Positions 57,135-64,000 of a stretch of DNA of 64,000 nucleotides are shown here, piece after piece; positions within the stretch are counted from its first letter, which is position 1, and each line of letters opens with the position of its first letter. Source of the DNA: Spirochaetota bacterium (GTDB taxonomy: Bacteria; Spirochaetota; B62-G9; DRHN01); the NCBI GenBank assembly GCA_016934265.1, contig JAFGTF010000078.1:10459-74458 (forward strand), read 5' to 3'. The translations under genes and the position numbers were made by a program. The notes under the pieces are model-generated. The model was not told where the DNA came from. It did no database searches and saw nothing but the letters and a program-made list of their open reading frames with translations.

Positions 57135-59342
57135 ATGAAAAGAGAGGTGCTGCTTGTTCTCCTTTTACTGATCATCCCGGTGCAACCCATAGCGGCGCAG
57201 CAAATCAGGGAAATAGAGTTCAGAGACCAAAAAGTAACCGATATCCTTCTCGCGGTGGGGGAACTTGCCGGAAAATCGATTGTACCCGACGAAACTGTAA
57301 CGGGGAGGGCCTCATATTACTTCGTGGAGACCGATTTCGATACCGCCTTACATGCGTTTATCGCTGCATACGGCCTTTACGTTACCGAGGAGAATGGAAT
57401 ATACTACGTTTCCAGGGTACATGTAGAGTTTGATGAAAATACGGCGACGGTTTCGATCGATGCGGATGAAGTGGAGATTCAGGCACTACTACGATCGCTC
57501 TCCGAAGCAATCGGGCGAACCATACTGTACGACCCCCTTCCTGCAATACCCGTTACGGTACATATCAAGAGTGTAGCGCCTGAAAAAGCGCTATCCATTC
57601 TTTTGCGAAAATATCATGGGTATGTGATAGATTCAGACACCGATTTTTATTATGTAAAGAAGGTTAGAAGAGACACGCAGGCAGCCGGACCGCCTTCAAA
57701 AGGGGACATCCGGGATGCTGTATCCAAAACCGGTGACCGCTACTCCGTCGAAGCGGATGAGATACTGTTCGGTGTTGTTATTAAAAGGCTGTTCGAAGAA
57801 GCGGGATTGGAGTACTCGCTTCTCACCACAAAAGAAACAATACTGAAGAATATTCGATATAATGATAAACCGTTTGAGACGTTGTTGAGAATCCTGCTCG
57901 AACAGGTACAGGCCGATTACAAGAGAATCGACGATGTCTATTATATATTCGAGGTTTCGAAAAGCGACGTGTTGAAACGGTATAAAACCGTGTTCAGGGT
58001 GAGGCTTCAGCATCTTTCAGCTCAGGAGCTACCCCAACTTCTTCCTCCTGATTTTGCCAAAGGCAGGTACTACACCATTGTGCCTGAATCGAACTCTGTG
58101 ATCCTCAACGGAAGTCTTGCCGAGATAGGTCCAATTCAGACCTTGCTGGAAGAATTGGACAAACCGTCTGATAGAGGGCGCTACTACAGGTTCGATCTGA
58201 ATCATCTGCAGACGAAAAACGTGAAAGCGTTTCTCCCCCCGGAATATAAGTATGCAGCCCCTGTTACCATTCCCGGGACCAACTCTTTTGTCCTGCGGCT
58301 GTCGGAGGATAAAAGAAAGTATCTTGACGACTATCTATCACTCATCGATATAGATCAAAAAGCGTATCCTGTCCGTCTGAAGTATATAAGAGCGGGTGAT
58401 CTGAAGAAACATGTTCCGGCGACGTTATCCGGTGAGGAAATCATCGAAACACATGACCCTTCGCTCGTTTTTGTAAAAGTTTCACCGCAAAGGATGGATA
58501 CCTTTTTTAGAGAGCTTGAATTACGGGACCGTCCGGTTCCGCAAATACGATACACGCTTCTCGTGGTTCAGTATCAAGACGGAGAAGCATTGAGCTGGAA
58601 TCAGAATATTTCTGACAATATGTTCGAAATACGGAAACCACCACAGGAAGGAGGCGGTGCATTCGTCGGCTCTATCGGGAAGGTATTCAACCTCAGCTTC
58701 GATATCGTATCGAACTTTGGATATCAGTTTGCGCTTCAGCTGAATCTCGATCTCAGCGAGGAGCGTGCCAAGGTGCTTGCCGATACAACGCTCAACGGAA
58801 TATCAGGGGAGGAGATACAGTTTCAGAATACGAGTACCTACCGGTACAGGGAATACGAAGTGGATCCGAATACCGGGGAGCTGATCCTGACAGGTGTCGT
58901 CCGCGAGATAACTTCAGGCTTGATCATCGTGATCAGGGGCTGGGTTTCGGGGGACGGCCTTATCACAATGGATGTCGAAGCAACGGTATCCAGGAGGGGG
59001 GCCGACGTGGCCATGGATACGGCCAAACCCCCGACGACCTTTGAGAAGATACTTAAAACTCATGTGTGTGCGCTTTCCGGTAGACCGGTGATAATAGGCG
59101 GCCTCATTACCGAGGAGAACAATATTACTGTTCAAAAGATCCCGGTAATAGGTGATATACCTCTGTTGGGTCTTCTTTTTAGATCGCAAAAAGAAACCGT
59201 AGACCGCTCGGAGTTTGTGATCTATATAGTGCCGTACGCCGAATACCCCGAATCGGGAGATATGAACGGTGGCCTTAAGATGGAAAAATTGTATCATAGG
59301 TTTTTCCGGGACCTGCCGGATTCATACGCATACCGTAATTGA
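57135..59342 (+). CDS. gspD: Secretin (GspD/PilQ family)
   Basis: Signal peptide; repeated N-domains; C-terminal PVIIGGLI...KIPVIGDIPLLGLLFRS...EFVIYIVP. Confidence 0.85.
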   Translation: MKREVLLVLLLLIIPVQPIAAQQIREIEFRDQKVTDILLAVGELAGKSIVPDETVTGRASYYFVETDFDTALHAFIAAYGLYVTEENGIYYVSRVHVEFDENTATVSIDADEVEIQALLRSLSEAIGRTILYDPLPAIPVTVHIKSVAPEKALSILLRKYHGYVIDSDTDFYYVKKVRRDTQAAGPPSKGDIRDAVSKTGDRYSVEADEILFGVVIKRLFEEAGLEYSLLTTKETILKNIRYNDKPFETLLRILLEQVQADYKRIDDVYYIFEVSKSDVLKRYKTVFRVRLQHLSAQELPQLLPPDFAKGRYYTIVPESNSVILNGSLAEIGPIQTLLEELDKPSDRGRYYRFDLNHLQTKNVKAFLPPEYKYAAPVTIPGTNSFVLRLSEDKRKYLDDYLSLIDIDQKAYPVRLKYIRAGDLKKHVPATLSGEEIIETHDPSLVFVKVSPQRMDTFFRELELRDRPVPQIRYTLLVVQYQDGEALSWNQNISDNMFEIRKPPQEGGGAFVGSIGKVFNLSFDIVSNFGYQFALQLNLDLSEERAKVLADTTLNGISGEEIQFQNTSTYRYREYEVDPNTGELILTGVVREITSGLIIVIRGWVSGDGLITMDVEATVSRRGADVAMDTAKPPTTFEKILKTHVCALSGRPVIIGGLITEENNITVQKIPVIGDIPLLGLLFRSQKETVDRSEFVIYIVPYAEYPESGDMNGGLKMEKLYHRFFRDLPDSYAYRN

Positions 59343-59388
59343 GTAACGGTGCGCAGGCTTCAGTTATAGAAGAGGATGTACAACCGAG

Positions 59389-60864
59389 ATGGTGAGAGTA
59401 TCCATAGAAGGATTCAAACCGGAGGTCGACAGGGATCAGTATCCGATAGAGTTCGTAAAAACTCATTCTCTGTTGAAATTGAAAGAAACCAGGGATTCCG
59501 TGACAGTCGGAACATGCAGCCCGGTAAGCGCGGTGGTAATGGAGGAATTGAAAAATTACCATGGCAAGAAGATTAGATTCTTCCTGGTCGATAAAAGTGA
59601 GTTGTCGGCTTGGCTCGGAAGCAGGCTTTCAGACATAACCCTCCGGAGTCCGTCCGAGGCGGTGTATCTCAATCACCATACAAGACTCCTCATTGATAAG
59701 CTCGAAACGGATGCTCCTACCGTGAATCTTGTGAACAGTATCCTGATAGAAGGTATCAGGAGGGAGGTCTCTGATATTCACATAGAGGTCGATGCCGAAG
59801 CGACTGTGGTACGGTATCGTATAGACGGGCAGCTTCAAACCATCCATCGACTTACGCAGGAACGGTTCAACGGGATTTCCTCGCGTATCAAGGTCATGGC
59901 GAATCTGAATATAATGGAGCGGAGGCTTCCCCAGGACGGCAGGATTACGGTCCATCTCGACAGCGATGTTTTCGATATCAGGGTATCGATCATCCCGATA
60001 GTAGACGGAGAATCCATCGTTCTCAGGCTGTTCAATAAAAAAAGGAAACCGTTGAATATCGACCAGCTCGGGCTGCAGGGGGATGCCTTGATACGGATGA
60101 AGAGCCTGTATCACCGGACTCAGGGGCTCGTTCTCGTCACCGGCCCGACCGGGAGCGGTAAAACGACGACGTTAAACGCGGTTCTAAGAGAGTTGCGTTC
60201 GGAAAGCCTCAAGATAGTATCGATAGAGGATCCGGTTGAATACATTACCGACGGTGTCGACCAGATTCAGACGAACGAAAAGATCGGTCTTACGTTCGAT
60301 ACGATCCTGAAGAGGGTGCTCCGGCAGGATCCGAATATCATTATGGTCGGGGAAATACGGGACCTGCAGACTGCGGAGCTTGCGGTACGGGCCGCGCTGA
60401 CCGGTCATCTCGTGTTCTCGACGCTGCATACGAAGGACTCGGTATCCGTAGTAACGCGTCTGAAGAACATGGGAATAGAAGGATATCTCATAAGTGCGGT
60501 GTTGAAGGGCGCGCTTGCCCAGAGATTGGTCCGGAAGATATGCGACAAGTGCCGGGTAAAAAAGAAGATCGGGCATGCCGAGCGCATGCTCTTGCGGCGG
60601 TATGGTTTGGATGCCGATTTTCTCTTTCAAGGGAAAGGCTGTGAACGATGCAACGGAACGGGTTTCAACGGCCGGACAGGTATCTTCGAGCTGTTTGTCT
60701 CGAACGAGGAAATCGAAGCGATTATCGCTTCGGATCGGAGGGAATACGAAGTGCGGGAATTTCTCCTTTTAAGGGGAATGGAACGCCTTGTCATCGACGG
60801 CCTGAAAAAGGCGTGCAGCGGGGTAACGACTGTCGGGGAAGTGGAAAGGGTGGCGGAGGAGTAA
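59389..60864 (+). CDS. gspE: GspE/PilB secretion ATPase
   Basis: SDIHIE, RRLPQDG, GPTGSGKTTT, EDPVE, LRQDP, TGHLVFSTLH, two CxxC motifs. Confidence 0.92.
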   Translation: MVRVSIEGFKPEVDRDQYPIEFVKTHSLLKLKETRDSVTVGTCSPVSAVVMEELKNYHGKKIRFFLVDKSELSAWLGSRLSDITLRSPSEAVYLNHHTRLLIDKLETDAPTVNLVNSILIEGIRREVSDIHIEVDAEATVVRYRIDGQLQTIHRLTQERFNGISSRIKVMANLNIMERRLPQDGRITVHLDSDVFDIRVSIIPIVDGESIVLRLFNKKRKPLNIDQLGLQGDALIRMKSLYHRTQGLVLVTGPTGSGKTTTLNAVLRELRSESLKIVSIEDPVEYITDGVDQIQTNEKIGLTFDTILKRVLRQDPNIIMVGEIRDLQTAELAVRAALTGHLVFSTLHTKDSVSVVTRLKNMGIEGYLISAVLKGALAQRLVRKICDKCRVKKKIGHAERMLLRRYGLDADFLFQGKGCERCNGTGFNGRTGIFELFVSNEEIEAIIASDRREYEVREFLLLRGMERLVIDGLKKACSGVTTVGEVERVAEE

Positions 60865-62060
60865 TGGCCGTTTATACCTGTAGGGTAAAAGACGGCAGTG
60901 GGAGAATAAGAAAAGTCAGGCAACAAGCCGTATCGGAAGAGAAAGCGGTGACTGCGCTGTTGCAGAACGATCTCTATCCATTGCTCATACGGACGACCGA
61001 AAGATATGGCGGGATACGGCGTGCGGGAAGTTCTCAAAAACTGCTTTCTGAGTTCACCGATACCATCGCGCTTCTTCTCTCCTCAGGCCTGACTCTGAAA
61101 GACTCGTTGGAGGTGGCCGCGGACAGTACCCCGAGAGGACGACTGAGAGAGCTCTACAAGATACTATTGAAGCGGATAGACAGCGGGCGGTCATTGGCTG
61201 AGGCGGTGCGATCGTGCGGGATACGATTTCCCCGTCTGTATGAAGGGCTGTTCAGGATCGGCGAAAAGCTCGGTTCTCTCGAAGGAAGTTTTCGAATGCT
61301 CTCCTCATACTATTTAAGAGAAAGAGCCTTGAGGGATAAGCTGATAAGCGCACTGATATATCCCGCGATGGTGCTGACTGTCGCATTTTCGGGTGTCGTG
61401 GTGATAACCGTTTACGTTCTCCCGAGGGTCACCGAGATATTCACCCAATTGGATACGGTTCTTCCGGTACGGATCGAATCCATTATTACAAGCGGCAGGA
61501 TCCTGCTCGTGCTCGCCATAGGTGGGGTCGTTCTTTTAGGCGGATTGGGATTCTTGTTTTCTTTCGCAAAGAAACGGAACTGGAAATCGGCTGCACAGCT
61601 CGATAGAATCATTTTCAAAATACCTGTAATCGGGTCAATGCAGCAACTTCGGGAGAACTACAAGTTTACCTGCTCAATGGAAGCGCTTTGTATGGGAGGG
61701 TATTCTTTGGAAGAAGCATTGCTGGAAGCGAGCTTCATCGTATCAAGCGGCACGTACAGATCCAGCATTCTTTCGGCAAGAAAGAGTATTCTAAAAGGCG
61801 GGACATTGGCGGATTCCTTCATTCGTAGCCGCGTCTTCCCGCAGCGGCTTTCGAGTTGGATAATGATCGGTGAACGATCGGGAAATATCGAGGGTGTGTT
61901 TTGTCAACTGCGGCGTTTTTTCGAAGCCGAGCTTGAAAAGTACAGCGCGAGATTCATCGGGTTGATAGAACCCGTACTGATACTCATCCTCGGTGCTGCG
62001 ATTATCACGATTATCGTCCTCTTTGTAATGCCGATCCTGTCCCTGTACGGGAGTCTCTAA
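60864..62060 (+). CDS. gspF: GspF/PilC inner-membrane platform protein
   Basis: LLSSGL.L..SL, GEKLGSL, ALIYP, GERSGN, LIEP; TAATG overlap with gspE. Confidence 0.9.
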   Translation: MAVYTCRVKDGSGRIRKVRQQAVSEEKAVTALLQNDLYPLLIRTTERYGGIRRAGSSQKLLSEFTDTIALLLSSGLTLKDSLEVAADSTPRGRLRELYKILLKRIDSGRSLAEAVRSCGIRFPRLYEGLFRIGEKLGSLEGSFRMLSSYYLRERALRDKLISALIYPAMVLTVAFSGVVVITVYVLPRVTEIFTQLDTVLPVRIESIITSGRILLVLAIGGVVLLGGLGFLFSFAKKRNWKSAAQLDRIIFKIPVIGSMQQLRENYKFTCSMEALCMGGYSLEEALLEASFIVSSGTYRSSILSARKSILKGGTLADSFIRSRVFPQRLSSWIMIGERSGNIEGVFCQLRRFFEAELEKYSARFIGLIEPVLILILGAAIITIIVLFVMPILSLYGSL

Positions 62061-62216
62061 ATGGACTTAATCGAAATGTAATTTTTTTATAGAAAGGATA
62101 TCACACACATTTAGATATGGAAGTCTTTGTTGAAAGAAGTGTCGTTTTACATCCGCTGGTCGTTCGGGTATATGTCGATGGTAAGATGATACGGTTTGTC
62201 GTGAGAAAAGGGTAGG

Positions 62217-62708
62217 GTGATGTGCCTGGGCGTGAAGAAAAACGATAAGGGTACCGGAATAATAAAAGATGTTTTCAGGGCTTGGATCGCCTTCGGGAAA
62301 AAAGAGGCGGGATTTACGCTTATCGAGATCATGGTGGCGTCTGTGGTACTGCTCATACTCATCAGTGTCACCGGTTTCGTAATATCCAAACAGGTCGAAA
62401 AGGCAAGGGTGATCAGCTGCAGAAATCAGATTCACATCTTTTCCATGGCCCTGAATGCTTATTTTCTCGACTGCGAAATATACCCGACAACCGAGCAGGG
62501 GCTCGGCGCACTTTGGGAGCGGCCCGTTTTCGAACCGATGCCGGAGAATTGGAACGGTCCCTATATAGATAGCGCGGTTCCCCGGGATCCATGGAGCAAT
62601 GCGTATCAGTATTTTTGTCCGGGCAGTTACGGTCTGCCGTTCGGCATACGGTCGCTTGGGGCGGACGGCAGGGAAGGGGCGGACGATATAAACTCCTGGG
62701 AGCGGTAA
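62217..62708 (+). CDS. gspG: Major pseudopilin GspG
   Basis: G|FTLIE, YPTTEQGLGAL, WNGPYI, PRDPW, SLGADG. Confidence 0.9.
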   Translation: MMCLGVKKNDKGTGIIKDVFRAWIAFGKKEAGFTLIEIMVASVVLLILISVTGFVISKQVEKARVISCRNQIHIFSMALNAYFLDCEIYPTTEQGLGALWERPVFEPMPENWNGPYIDSAVPRDPWSNAYQYFCPGSYGLPFGIRSLGADGREGADDINSWER

Positions 62709-62908
62709 TGAAGAGCCAATTCCGATGCTTCATACTGTTGGATACACTCATCTCTTTGTTTTTAGCCGGTCTTATCCTCGTAGTTGTATTCGTATCCGTC
62801 AGCCTCGGACTGAAGCATACGTCGGGAATGAAGCGGCATAGTAGAAATCTGATACTTTTGATGAACCGGTATGAAGAGGATAAGAAAATTACTTACTCTT
62901 CGGAGTAA
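62708..62908 (+). CDS. Small minor-pseudopilin-like protein
   Basis: 66 aa; TAATG coupling to gspG; C|FILLD followed by a hydrophobic helix. Confidence 0.55.
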   Translation: MKSQFRCFILLDTLISLFLAGLILVVVFVSVSLGLKHTSGMKRHSRNLILLMNRYEEDKKITYSSE

Positions 62909-63404
62909 CGGCGGGTATTCGTTTTTGGAGATAACCGTCGCCATGGTAATCATTTCAATTATCGGAATAACGGTATGGCAGGGAATTATACATGTGTCTG
63001 CGCTGCTGAACAAAATACATTCGGTACATACCGGAGTACGGGATATGATTATGATGGAGGCGCAGATCAGAAGTGAGGTGTCGATGATCCGAGTGCCGTT
63101 CTGGATGCCGTATGTTCCGGTGAGAGAAACAAACGGCGAGTTAAGAATCGGTTGTTACAAGGGATGCCTCACAAGTGAGCTTTATTTTCGGTTCAGCGAA
63201 GGATGTCTCGAGATGGGATGTGATAACGGCTCCGACAAGACGGTACTGCAACGGTACGGTCCATACGAAGAGGTCATTATCGAAACCGAACACAGGCAGA
63301 AAGGCGAAGGGGTCTTGATATCATTTTCCTTCTATTATCCCGGAAGCAGGAAAAAAACGCTAGTTATTTCGACCGGTATTTGCAGCAACCCGTTTGTCAG
63401 ATAG
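62871..63404 (+). CDS. Minor pseudopilin (GspJ-like)
   Basis: Basic leader, then G|YSFLE and a hydrophobic helix. Confidence 0.7.
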   Translation: MKRIRKLLTLRSNGGYSFLEITVAMVIISIIGITVWQGIIHVSALLNKIHSVHTGVRDMIMMEAQIRSEVSMIRVPFWMPYVPVRETNGELRIGCYKGCLTSELYFRFSEGCLEMGCDNGSDKTVLQRYGPYEEVIIETEHRQKGEGVLISFSFYYPGSRKKTLVISTGICSNPFVR

Positions 63405-63413
63405 AATCCGAAA

Positions 63414-64000
63414 ATGAACGAGAAGGGTTTTACAACCATCATACTGCTCTGTGCTATGGTGCTTTTTACCTCGATATCTCTAGGTATAGCGGCCCTGCTT
63501 CGCTTTTCGGGGGCACGGCTGAAGCGCTGGGAGAGCGAATTCGAAGAACGGATGATGCTTCATGAGGAGGCAAGCCGTGTCATTACATTACTGGTGGAAG
63601 ACGAAACACCGGCATCGGATTCCCCTGCGGACCGTGTATGGGAGTACGTACATACTTTGAAAAGAGATCGGCTGTCAGTTGTTTTGAGAGACATATCGAG
63701 CCGCTATGGTATTAACTGGGTACGGAAGGACGTTCTCGATTATTCCGGGTTGTTGCGGCCGGGAAAGTCATCGGGTGAGTTACAGCAGTATAGGTGGGAT
63801 ATGGGGCCTGTTCTGCGACTTTTGCCGGAGTATGGATACTTTTTTTCCGAAGCAAGTATCCATATGTATTTTACTCCGTACAGTTACTTCAATATCAACA
63901 TTTCCGACGAGTTTATCATCGAGAAAATTGTTCTTATTCGTACCGGTGACAGCGATAGAGCACGCCTTCTTCGGAAGAGACTCCATAAGTTTTGGGAAAC
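63414..64000 (+). CDS. GspK-like minor pseudopilin (3' truncated by window)
   Basis: MNEKG|FTTII (no Glu5, as is typical for GspK), DSPADRVW and DISSRYGIN; the frame stays open to the window end. Confidence 0.6.
   Translation, partial: MNEKGFTTIILLCAMVLFTSISLGIAALLRFSGARLKRWESEFEERMMLHEEASRVITLLVEDETPASDSPADRVWEYVHTLKRDRLSVVLRDISSRYGINWVRKDVLDYSGLLRPGKSSGELQQYRWDMGPVLRLLPEYGYFFSEASIHMYFTPYSYFNINISDEFIIEKIVLIRTGDSDRARLLRKRLHKFWE

Noticed and set aside
1..64000. tRNA, rRNA, integrase or transposase genes
   Set aside because: No cloverleaf/T-loop, rRNA or recombinase motifs seen by eye; tRNAscan-SE and cmscan would be decisive.

Overview
This is a 64 kb bacterial chromosome segment, almost entirely on the + strand. 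Gene content and order suggest a Spirochaetota member (inference): zinc-ribbon-tailed NusA, ~826-aa HrpA, short SMC, and the rnhB-FlhB-like-HD-GYP-yraN block. In order it holds: (1) a three-gene envelope/signalling operon of unknown function (FHA-TM-beta-propeller; FN3/beta-helix; membrane sensor with a degenerate PP2C domain); (2) rimP-nusA-infB-rbfA-DHH-truB-ribF-rpsO-pnp, malic enzyme and hrpA; (3) a LacI-controlled sugar locus (L-fucose isomerase, mutarotase, UroD/MtaA-like protein), an acyl-ligase/ACP/acyltransferase fusion, a PIG-L deacetylase, a Gfo/Idh/MocA oxidoreductase, ThiF/MoeB, an aminotransferase and ahcY; (4) an apparently hinge-less SMC followed by ffh-rpsP-khpA-rimM-trmD-rplS-rnhB through yraN and comM; (5) an AT-richer accessory end with a BstYI-like type II restriction-modification pair, three tandem STAS/SpoIIAA-like paralogs and a divergent type II secretion-like cluster running off the window. 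I saw no rRNA, tRNA, CRISPR array, integrase or transposase. All family calls come from motif recognition by eye; no database searches were run.
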